A stretch of DNA of 32,000 bases from Thermodesulfobacteriota bacterium (GTDB lineage: Bacteria; Desulfobacterota; WTBG01; JAGOGO01): positions 1,245,622 through 1,277,621 of the forward strand of contig CP113000.1 of NCBI GenBank assembly GCA_026625185.1, read 5' to 3'. This document shows, piece after piece, positions 12,372 through 20,464 of this stretch (positions within the stretch are counted from its first letter, which is position 1; each line of letters starts with the position of its first letter). Below the pieces are notes generated by a model. It did no database searches, was not told the DNA's origin, and saw nothing but the letters and a program-made list of their open reading frames with translations. The position numbers and the translations under genes are program-made.

Positions 12372-12753
12372 TCAATCCTTTGTCAGGCCGTGCATAAGCA
12401 TTGAGTCCCGGAGGTCTTCGGGATCTCCAATAATATACCTTTCCAAAGCTTTGTTGGTTGAATGTCTGGTTGCTTCTCTTGCTAGTTCAGCATCGAGAGT
12501 ATTTTTAAGGTCGGTTGCAGTTGAGTGCTTAGTCCCTGGATAGAGAGACACCCCTTCAATTTCTTCTTAACTTCAACCCCCTTTATCTTTTGGTAGCATT
12601 CTTTAAACCCACTTTTCATGGCGTTAAGCTTATCCTTCCTATATTCTTCAAGAGAAGGGGTTGCTCCTTTGTTTTGCCTTTCATCACTCCCTTAAACTGC
12701 TTGATTTCTTGCGGTAAGAGACCTTGTTTTGTTACTAAAAAATATTTTTTCAT
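12372..12753 (-). pseudogene. tyrosine recombinase (phage-integrase family) remnant, C-terminal catalytic part only, disrupted
   Basis: Minus-strand translation gives ...LLLKNIGRISLTP*KSGFKECYQKIKGVEVKKKLKG, then a frameshift, then VSLYPGTKHSTATDLKNTLDAELAREATRHSTNKALERYIIGD. This follows the H-x-x-R...H...Y catalytic-tail pattern (KHSTAT, TRHST, ERY). It has an in-frame stop and a frameshift and lacks the N-terminal two-thirds. It sits 59 nt from the tRNA-Leu 3' end. Confidence 0.6.
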
Positions 12754-12989
12754 ACCCAAATTTAAGCGGTGTAACTAATGCTCTCAACCAAAAAATAGGG
12801 TGTTTTTTTGTTTAAAATACGTATTTCACCTTATTTTTATTTTATGAATAAAGGCTTATTTTTAATTTAATTGGTGACTATACCCTGATTAATGGCCGTA
12901 TGGTGGAGAAGTGAGGGGATCCGGCCAGCTCTTCTATTTTGGAAAAGCCTCAAGATAATTTCGAGAGTCCATAGGACTACTCCTTCTGG

Positions 12990-13027
12990 ATATGGCCGGA
13001 TTACTTATTGTCCGGCCATATTTTTTC
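12990..13027 (+). terminator. strong rho-independent terminator with no annotated gene upstream
   Basis: Perfect 11-bp stem ATATGGCCGGA (12990-13000) / TCCGGCCATAT (13011-13021), a 10-nt loop, then a TTTTTT run. Confidence 0.6.
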
Positions 13028-13212
13028 CCATTATTTCCATGACACAATCTCCTTTCTGCAAAAGACAAAAGCCCGGTCAGAATCACCCCACGCGAAACCT
13101 AACCAGGCTTTTAATCTTCCGCCGAAGCGGAAAAACGTTATATTTTTTGAGTACCTGGGGTTTTCATTTAAATGATCAATTTTAAAAAAAATCTTTTTTA
13201 CCGCCTTTCATC

Positions 13213-13695
13213 ATGGGTAAACTCGAAAAAAAAAAGCATTTAAAAAGCGGGCTCCGGGTAGTTTCGCTCCTTGAGGCCTCCAAAGGAATGCTTGTCTTGC
13301 TTACCGGCTTTGGGTTGCTGGCATTAATTCACAAGGACCTTCACCTTGCTGCCGAACAGCTGGTCCGGCACCTTCACTTAAATCCAGCTAATCATTATCC
13401 CCGGATTTTTATTGATCTTGCCAATCACCTGACCTCAGGAGAAATTTGGGAAATGGCCTTTGCAGCTTTTATCTACTCCTCGGTTCGCTTCGTTGAAGCT
13501 TTCGGCCTATGGCTGGGCCAGCAGTGGGCTAAATGGTTCGGTTTTCTTTCTGCGGGTTTGTATATTCCTATCGAACTATTTGAATTGACACGTGGGGTAA
13601 CTTGGCCTACGTTAACTGTAATTATCGTCAATGCAGCGATTGTTGGGTATCTTGCTTATGCTTTATATCAATCAAGGCGAAAAACAACGATATAA
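13213..13695 (+). CDS. DUF2127-like small membrane protein
   Basis: 160 aa with about 4 TM segments. The N-terminal LRVVSLLEASKGMLVLLTGFGLLAL and the C-terminal helix ending in a basic tail resemble DUF2127 proteins as I recall them. The family call is tentative. Confidence 0.55.
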   Translation: MGKLEKKKHLKSGLRVVSLLEASKGMLVLLTGFGLLALIHKDLHLAAEQLVRHLHLNPANHYPRIFIDLANHLTSGEIWEMAFAAFIYSSVRFVEAFGLWLGQQWAKWFGFLSAGLYIPIELFELTRGVTWPTLTVIIVNAAIVGYLAYALYQSRRKTTI

Positions 13696-13725
13696 TTACT
13701 CAAGACCAAAGCAGAAATAGAAAAC

Positions 13726-13748
13726 CCCTCCCGATTTCTCGGGAAGGG
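13726..13748 (+). terminator. terminator-like GC hairpin after the DUF2127 gene (no clear U-tract)
   Basis: CCCTCCCGA-TTTC-TCGGGA(A)GGG, 30 nt after the stop codon. The downstream sequence is not T-rich, so the function is uncertain. Confidence 0.3.
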
Positions 13749-14058
13749 TTGCCTTGAGGATGAGGGGAAAAATGAGGAGGTTGAGAAGGGGTTTCTTCTC
13801 TTTTCTCGTTTGTTATATTTTTTATAAAATTTTTACTTGCTGTCAATAGGAGGATCACTTCATTTTGATCGGGAAAATTCCCAGGGGGTAGGGATTTTTC
13901 CTAACGTAATAAAAACACCAGCAAAGGATGGGGCCCGTTACGGTGCCAGCCTATTGCCTCTGACCCCCGGTATTTAATAAACTGTTTTTTTAAAATTAAG
14001 AAATTCGAAAAATTAACTTACGAAAATTAGTTCACCGTGTTACTTCTAAGGATCGTTA

Positions 14059-14241
14059 CTATTCTTGAAGAGTAAACCGATGGTACCACCCCTCCCTTCT
14101 CCAAAAACTTAACCTGGGAAATGCTCCGTAGGGATAATGCATTCTTAAAAAAACCTCAAACGATCGTTCTTGTTCTAAATTAGAAAAAAGATTGCCTTGT
14201 GGCTCGGATTTATTAGACTCCATTGCTTCTTTTTCTGTCAT
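14059..14241 (-). CDS. hypothetical small protein (60 aa)
   Basis: AGGAG lies 7 nt upstream of ATG 14241 (MTEKEAMESNKSEPQG...). I recognise no family. The longer track start at 14274 lacks an RBS. Confidence 0.3.
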   Translation of the reverse strand: MTEKEAMESNKSEPQGNLFSNLEQERSFEVFLRMHYPYGAFPRLSFWRREGWYHRFTLQE

Positions 14242-14415
14242 CGCATAACTCCTAACCTGCCTTGTTGGCAACATTTTTTAAAGGGAAATCGATTTTTCCT
14301 AATTCTTTTGTGTATCAATTTACCTACTGAATTTTAAATCATCTATAGGGTGTTTTGTGTATTTTATGTTCAAAATTCCATTATTTTAAAATTCTACAAA
14401 AGTAAGCAAAATTGT

Positions 14416-14444
14416 TTGCATTAAATTTAAAACCTCAGTATGAT
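14416..14444 (+). promoter_or_regulatory. candidate sigma70 promoter upstream of the alpha/beta hydrolase
   Basis: TTGCAT (14416-14421), a 17-nt spacer, then TATGAT (14439-14444), about 110 nt upstream of ATG 14555. Confidence 0.3.
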
Positions 14445-14554
14445 TTCTAAGATAAAATTTTAATTGAATTTTAGGTTGTTATGGTTTAATTTGGGGGAAA
14501 TGAGATCGCCGAGCTAATATCGAGAAATCAAAACCGTAACGGGAGCGAAAGACT

Positions 14555-15277
14555 ATGATTCAGTTCGTCTTGGTGCATGGTGCGTGGCACGGGGGCTGGT
14601 GCTGGCGTCGTGTAGCCGATGTTCTCAGGGCTCGCGGGCACCGGGTTTTCGCGCCCAGCCTCACGGGAGTGGGGGATCGCGCGCATCTCTTCTCCAAAGA
14701 AATTTCAATGCAGACTCATGTGGACGACATCCTTTCCGTGGTTGAAACTGAGGAATTGAGGGACTTCGTTCTGGTTGGACATAGCTATGGAGGCTTCGTG
14801 ATCTCCGGAGTCGCTGACACACTCCGAGAGCGCGTGTCTCACTATGTTTACTTGGATGCTAGTGTTCCACCCGAAATGTCACCAGGCGCATCCTTCAGCT
14901 GGGCCGACTTTAATCCTCCCGAGGCACGTGAAGAACGATTGAAGTCGGTTCAAGAACAGGGTAAGGGTGCGGCACTCCCTCCACCTCCGCCCAGTGCATT
15001 CGCTGTGACCAACCCTGCGGACGTCGCCTGGCTGCAGCGGCAATTGCGGCCTATGCCGGTTGGGACCTATATCGGAGCCTTTACCTTCAAGAGCTCCGGG
15101 AGCAATGGATTGAAGCGCACCTACATTGCTTCAACCAAACCCCCCTATGCTTTGCTCGCCTCTACCCGTAACCGTATAAAGGGTGACCATACCTGGTCGT
15201 TCACGACAATCGAGGCAGGGCACGACTCAATGGTTACCGCCCCTGACGAGCTGGCTTCTTTGTTAATGGTGGCCTGA
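14555..15277 (+). CDS. alpha/beta hydrolase, SABP2 / methylesterase / hydroxynitrile-lyase-like subfamily
   Basis: N-terminal FVLVHGAWHGGWCW motif, nucleophile elbow GHSYGG, C-terminal GHDSM (catalytic His context). It is much more GC-rich than its flanks. Confidence 0.85.
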   Translation: MIQFVLVHGAWHGGWCWRRVADVLRARGHRVFAPSLTGVGDRAHLFSKEISMQTHVDDILSVVETEELRDFVLVGHSYGGFVISGVADTLRERVSHYVYLDASVPPEMSPGASFSWADFNPPEAREERLKSVQEQGKGAALPPPPPSAFAVTNPADVAWLQRQLRPMPVGTYIGAFTFKSSGSNGLKRTYIASTKPPYALLASTRNRIKGDHTWSFTTIEAGHDSMVTAPDELASLLMVA

Positions 15278-15454
15278 AACCCATCCTGTTGAGTCCGCCA
15301 TAGACCGGTATCAAACTTTTGCATGCAGCGTACCGGCCAACAGCGTCCCTTCGCGGTGCTGCTTGGACAGCCGCTGATTCAAGACCTTATACAGAAAAAA
15401 AAAGTGAATGCACATAAAATTAAAAAATAATTCTTAAAAATTTAGGAGGTAAAT

Positions 15455-16672
15455 ATGCTTGATTGCACTATCACCGTGGAATCCGGCGTTACCTGGATTA
15501 ATTTAAAAGGTCGTATTGACAGTATGACCTCACCGGAGATACAGCGGCAGATTAATGACCTCATTTTAGGGGGAGAAAGGCACTTAGTGGCTAACCTTGA
15601 GGAGATCAACTATATCAGCAGCGCAGGTTTACGCGTTTTTCTGGGAGCGCAGAAACAGCTCAAAAAGGTGGGAGGGGAGATTATTTTTTATAAAGTCTCG
15701 AGTTCAATATTTGACGTGTTTAAACTCGGGGCTTTTGATCAGATATTCCGTTTCGCGTCAACCAGAGAAGAAATTACCGGCGCACTTCATGCCGATAAAA
15801 CCTCTTTTCCTATTCGCTCAAAAGAGGTTGAGAAAATAGTATTTAACTATCTTGAAAAAAAAGCTGATCCTGGTTTCCTGAAGGTGGTGGGGTCTCAGGA
15901 AAATCTTGCTTGGGCAAAGTATATTGAGAAAGATGTGGTTACTATCAAATCAGAAGAACTCCAGTTCGGAACCGGTCTGGCTACTCTGGGTGATTGCTAC
16001 GGGGAATACAAGAATTTATTCGGCGAAGCAATGGTCATCAACCGAAACTTCTTTTTTTATCCGGCAGTTAAACGTCCGGCAGTTGATTTCATGCTTGCTG
16101 CCAACCAAGAATCCAGTCTTGAATACCGGTTTCTGCACGGCTTTGGATTCACTGGGTCCTATAAGTACGTTGTTTTATTTGAGAGTACGGAGGGCTTGGT
16201 AGAGCTGGAACGCCTGGTGAATGCTTTTTTTTCGATTTCCCAGGCGAATCTTTTGGGTTTTGTGATTCTCGGGGAAAGCAAAGGTCTCTGGGGAATGCAT
16301 TTAAAAAATAGCCCTATTTTTGAGAATCAACCTAAAAACGGCAAAGAGATTTTTGACCCGATAAACTTTGCTGACTGGGTAAACTTTCCTGTGGAGGCGG
16401 GAGATATCAACCGGATTATTGCTGCAACCGGGATTGCGATCAAGGAAGTGAGCAGGGAGCGCGGTGAAGTACAAAGCCTTTTGTCCAAGGGAGCCTGTTT
16501 TCATGTTCATGGGGCAGTATTTTCTCAGGAGCCGCTCAGTAAGAAAATAGAGCAGTTTGAAAACGAGCTTACCCGGGTTCTGACCGAACTTGAGGTTTAT
16601 AAGGTGCAGCATATACTCGGCAAGACCAGATTCAGCAGCGGAATGGTGGGGCTCGTTGAGCTTAGTTCATGA
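15455..16672 (+). CDS. STAS-domain (anti-sigma-factor-antagonist-like) protein fused to an uncharacterised domain of about 290 aa
   Basis: Residues 1 to about 110 are SpoIIAA/RsbV-like (INLKGRIDS...LEEINYISSAGLRVFLGAQKQLKKVGGEIIFYKVSSSIFDVFKLGAFDQIF). I recognise no motif in the rest. A strong RBS AGGAGG lies 6 nt upstream. It is the first gene of the ABC operon. Confidence 0.8.
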   Translation: MLDCTITVESGVTWINLKGRIDSMTSPEIQRQINDLILGGERHLVANLEEINYISSAGLRVFLGAQKQLKKVGGEIIFYKVSSSIFDVFKLGAFDQIFRFASTREEITGALHADKTSFPIRSKEVEKIVFNYLEKKADPGFLKVVGSQENLAWAKYIEKDVVTIKSEELQFGTGLATLGDCYGEYKNLFGEAMVINRNFFFYPAVKRPAVDFMLAANQESSLEYRFLHGFGFTGSYKYVVLFESTEGLVELERLVNAFFSISQANLLGFVILGESKGLWGMHLKNSPIFENQPKNGKEIFDPINFADWVNFPVEAGDINRIIAATGIAIKEVSRERGEVQSLLSKGACFHVHGAVFSQEPLSKKIEQFENELTRVLTELEVYKVQHILGKTRFSSGMVGLVELSS

Positions 16673-16703
16673 TCAAATAGTTATATCTCGTTAGGGGTTT
16701 TCA

Positions 16704-19700
16704 ATGGAACTCTGGGTTGGTGCATTAAGTCTCGGTTTGTTATACGCCTTCATGACCATGGGGGTTTTCATCACCTTTCGCATTCATAATTTCCCTGACA
16801 TTACCGTGGACGGAAGCTTTACCTCAGGGGCGGCAATAATGGCGTTACTTATTGTCACCGGATTTAACCCATTTCTGGCCCTGGGGGCTGCCTTTATCAT
16901 CGGAGCAGTCGCGGGTTGCGCTACCGCTTTGATCAATACCCGTTTAAATGTCAATGGCCTCCTGGCTGGTATTTTGGTCATGACCGGTCTTTATTCTATT
17001 AACCTGCACATCATGGGCCGGTCAAATATACCTCTTCTCAACCAGACAACGGTATTTACTTATCTCTCTGGGCTAAATCCAGGACTACAGGGAGAGATCT
17101 GGACTGGTATCGTCCTCAGTTTGGTTATGGTCCTTTTCTGGCTTGTTGTTTCTTTGTTTTTTAAAACTGATTTTGGGATTGCCATGCGGATTACCGGTAA
17201 TAATCCCACCATGGCGGCGGCAAATGGTGTTAATGTCGGCAGAATGACTATCTTTGGGGTAGCTTTGGCAAACGGTCTGGTTGGTGTTTCCGGCGGCTTG
17301 GTTGCCCAATATCAGGGATTTGCCGACATTGGAATGGGAATTGGAACGGTAGTTATCGGGCTTGCGGCAGTAATCATCGGCGAGTCCATCTTGAGGTCCC
17401 ACTCCATGTACGCAAAAGTGTTAAGCGTGCTCATTGGATCGGTGATTTTCCGGCTAATGATTGCCATTGCGCTTTTTGTGGGCATGAACCCTATTGACCT
17501 TAAACTTCTCACCGCAGGTTTTGTCCTTATTACCCTTATTATTTCTAAAACTGTTGCGGGCCGGGAAAAGAGGAGGGGGGAACTTTTCGGAAAGGTAGCC
17601 GGTTTTTTTCAGGGTAAACGAGTTGCTTACGGTTTTACTGCCATCATCATTATTATTGCGGTTGCATGGTTTGGGTATAAAAATTTTTCCCAAAGATTAA
17701 TGACACCACAAAAAATTAATAAAATCAAGGTGGTGCAGCTTACTGATAATGGACTTTTAAATATAACCCGGGACAGTTTCGTTAAAGAAATGGAAAAAAT
17801 CGGTTATCAGGATGGGCAGAATTGCACCATTAGCCTGGAAAATGCTCATGGTGATCTGCCCACCGTCAACTCCATCATTGATAAATTTCTTCAGGAGAAG
17901 GCGGACATTATCGTCACCATTTCCACCGGATGTACCCAGGCAGCAATCAATAAGATCAAGGACCGGCCAATAGTTTTTGCTACGGTTGCCAATCCGTTTA
18001 TTATTGGTGCCGGAAAATCAGAAACTGACCATGTAGCTAACGTTACTGGTGTGTACGGCTCGGTTCCCATGGACAAAACTATGGAGGTGGTCAGAAAAAT
18101 CCTGCCGGGAAAGCTCGCCATTGGAGCCATCTGGGATTCAAGCCAGGCAAATTCAGTCTTCAATGCAGAAAATCTTAAAAAAGCAGCTCAAGCTTGTGAT
18201 GGGGTGAGTTTTGCGGGAACAACCATTACCAGCTCAGCGGAAGTATATGAGGGCGCCGTATCTTTGGTACAAAAGGGGATTGGCGCTTTTGTTTTGCCGC
18301 CCGACAACATTGTTTATTCAGCTTTTGAGTCGGTGATAAAAGCCGCCAGAACCAAAAACATCCCCGTCTTCACCAGTGATGTAGAAAGGCTTGCTGATGG
18401 CGCTCTTGGTGTGCTGGGATATGATTATGCTTTAAGCGGTATTCAGGCTGCCCATCTGGTTGACCGGGTGCTAAAAGGGGAAAAACCACGGGATATCCCT
18501 TTTGAGCGGTATAGAAAGCTTACTTTTGGGCTTAACCTGGAGGTGGCAAAAACAATTGGTATATCCATATCACCTGAAGTTATTGCTCAAGCTACCATAG
18601 TTCTCGGAGGGAGAGAGACCAAAAAGCTTAAACCTAAAATAGGCCTTGTTCAGTTTGCCTTTGAACCTAATGTGGAGCTCTGCAAGCAAGGAATTCTTAA
18701 AGCCCTGGCCGAAAATGATTACCGAGATAAGGATAACATCGAAATCATCTACAAAAATGCTCAGGCTGACTTCTCTCTGATTAATTCCATTATTCAGGAT
18801 TTCCTAAGAAGGAAGGTTGATATCATTGTCCCCCTTTCAACCCCGTGTGTGCAGTCGGCAGTCCAGTTTGCTGCCGGGAAAAAAGAAACTAAAGTTGTTT
18901 TTACCTACATATTTGATCCTTACCGGATAGGAGCGGCAAAAACTCCGACCGACCATGTTCCCACTATAACGGGCGTGGCCTGCTTTCCGCCGATAGAGGG
19001 GATGCTGAATTTAATAAAAGAGATTTTCCCGGACCGGAAAAAGGTGGGCATTGTCTGGAATAGCTCGGAGGCAAACTCGGAAGCAGTGCTCCTTAAGATA
19101 CGTACCCAGGCGGCTAAGACAGGTCTTGAGGTTATCGAGGCAACCGTGACCAGCCCGGCGGAGGTTCTGGAGGCAGCACGGTCTTTGGTGAATAAAAAGG
19201 CTCAGGTTTTTTTAAATGGCGGAGACAATACCCTTAATGTGAGCTTTGACAGTTTTGTAAAGGTTGCGGACGAGAACAAAATCCCCGTTTTTTCAGTAGA
19301 TTCAGAATTTATTGAAAAAGGTTCTTTTGCGGTTCTGGGGCCTGATTATTTTCAAACCGGTTATGAAGGAGGAAACTATTTGGCCAAGGTATTGGGTGGT
19401 GAAGATATCGCAAACCTCCCTATCGGTCAGACCAAAAAAACCCTTTTTATGATCAACTTGGATATTGCCCGCAAATATGGGTTTGAGGTAGATAATGCTA
19501 TCGTGAAAAGGGCGCAGAAAGTCATTGACAGCAGCGCTAAGGTTATTGCCGCAGGCCCGCCGGTGCGGAAAAAGAGACTGGCGCTTTTTCTTTTTAGTGA
19601 ATACATTTCAATGCGTGAAACTGCCCAAGGGGTTACGGAAGAGCTTGAGCGAAGCGGCATTTTGCGGCAGCATAATATAACTATGGACACAAAAAATTCT

Positions 19701-20462
19701 CAGAACGATTTTTATTTGGCCCAGTCAATTGCTCAGGATATTGTGCGGCAAAAATATGACTATATCATCACGCTTTCTACTCCTGCACTTCAGGTAATGG
19801 CAAATGCCAATAAAAAGATTCCCCATATCTTTGGCGCGGTGACTGATCCTTACCGCATGGGGGTGGCAAAAAGCAGCACTGACCACCTTCCGAACGTGAC
19901 CGGGGTGGCGACTCTTCAACCGGTGGAGACAACCATCCGGGTTATGCGGGAACTTTTTCCTCAGGCAAAAAAAGTAGGAATTATCTGGAACCCCGCGGAA
20001 GCCTGCTCCGAAGCCTGTACCTACAAAGTCCGGGACGCGGTTAAAAAATATAGCTTTGCTCTACAGGAAATAAATGTTGACAGCACCAGTGAGGTGCTTG
20101 ATGCGTTGAAGTCCCTCTTAAACCGGAGAATTGATCTGTTTCTGACCTCCGGTGACAATACGGTCATTATGGCGCTTGAGTCGGTTGCAAAATTGCTGAA
20201 GGAGCATAAAATTCCTTATTTTACCAACGTTCCCTCGGATGTTGACCGCGGTGCGTTTGTTTCCATCGGTGCAGACTATAATGAGGTGGGTAAGGAAACA
20301 GCCCGCATGGCAGAAAGGGTAATAAGCGGAGAAAACCCCCAGGGCATTCCCATTAAAAATTATGTTCCCGAAAAAATGGCAGTTAATCTCTCCCTGGCGG
20401 GAGAGTACGGGATCAAGATTCCGGAGCCATTGCTTAAAAAAGCCGCCTATATCAAGAGGTAG
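16704..20462 (+). CDS. ABC transporter permease (COG4120-type) fused through an extra TM helix to three tandem PF04392/COG2984-type substrate-binding domains
   Basis: The N-terminal 300 aa or so are polytopic (FPDITVDGSF, LAGILVMTGLYSINLHIMG). A linker TM follows (VAYGFTAIIIIIAVAWFGY). Then come three units of about 300 aa sharing DIIVxxST, DPxxxGxxKxxTDHxxNVTGV, KVGIIWNxxEANS and IPVF landmarks. Confidence 0.85.
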   Translation: MELWVGALSLGLLYAFMTMGVFITFRIHNFPDITVDGSFTSGAAIMALLIVTGFNPFLALGAAFIIGAVAGCATALINTRLNVNGLLAGILVMTGLYSINLHIMGRSNIPLLNQTTVFTYLSGLNPGLQGEIWTGIVLSLVMVLFWLVVSLFFKTDFGIAMRITGNNPTMAAANGVNVGRMTIFGVALANGLVGVSGGLVAQYQGFADIGMGIGTVVIGLAAVIIGESILRSHSMYAKVLSVLIGSVIFRLMIAIALFVGMNPIDLKLLTAGFVLITLIISKTVAGREKRRGELFGKVAGFFQGKRVAYGFTAIIIIIAVAWFGYKNFSQRLMTPQKINKIKVVQLTDNGLLNITRDSFVKEMEKIGYQDGQNCTISLENAHGDLPTVNSIIDKFLQEKADIIVTISTGCTQAAINKIKDRPIVFATVANPFIIGAGKSETDHVANVTGVYGSVPMDKTMEVVRKILPGKLAIGAIWDSSQANSVFNAENLKKAAQACDGVSFAGTTITSSAEVYEGAVSLVQKGIGAFVLPPDNIVYSAFESVIKAARTKNIPVFTSDVERLADGALGVLGYDYALSGIQAAHLVDRVLKGEKPRDIPFERYRKLTFGLNLEVAKTIGISISPEVIAQATIVLGGRETKKLKPKIGLVQFAFEPNVELCKQGILKALAENDYRDKDNIEIIYKNAQADFSLINSIIQDFLRRKVDIIVPLSTPCVQSAVQFAAGKKETKVVFTYIFDPYRIGAAKTPTDHVPTITGVACFPPIEGMLNLIKEIFPDRKKVGIVWNSSEANSEAVLLKIRTQAAKTGLEVIEATVTSPAEVLEAARSLVNKKAQVFLNGGDNTLNVSFDSFVKVADENKIPVFSVDSEFIEKGSFAVLGPDYFQTGYEGGNYLAKVLGGEDIANLPIGQTKKTLFMINLDIARKYGFEVDNAIVKRAQKVIDSSAKVIAAGPPVRKKRLALFLFSEYISMRETAQGVTEELERSGILRQHNITMDTKNSQNDFYLAQSIAQDIVRQKYDYIITLSTPALQVMANANKKIPHIFGAVTDPYRMGVAKSSTDHLPNVTGVATLQPVETTIRVMRELFPQAKKVGIIWNPAEACSEACTYKVRDAVKKYSFALQEINVDSTSEVLDALKSLLNRRIDLFLTSGDNTVIMALESVAKLLKEHKIPYFTNVPSDVDRGAFVSIGADYNEVGKETARMAERVISGENPQGIPIKNYVPEKMAVNLSLAGEYGIKIPEPLLKKAAYIKR

Positions 20463-20464
20463 CG

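Noticed and set aside
12873-12905. TPP-riboswitch-like string (ACCCTGATTAATGGCCGTATGG compared with the ACCUGAUCUGGAUAAUGCCAGCGUAGGGA core)
   Set aside because: There is no CUGAGA element or matching P1-P3 helices upstream, the pairing does not reproduce the P4/P5 fold, and the downstream gene (DUF2127) has no thiamine link.
12892-13185. 97-aa plus-strand ORF in the island
   Set aside because: It reads straight through the perfect 11-bp terminator hairpin and T-tract at 12990-13027, has no RBS, and its sequence has no protein-like features.
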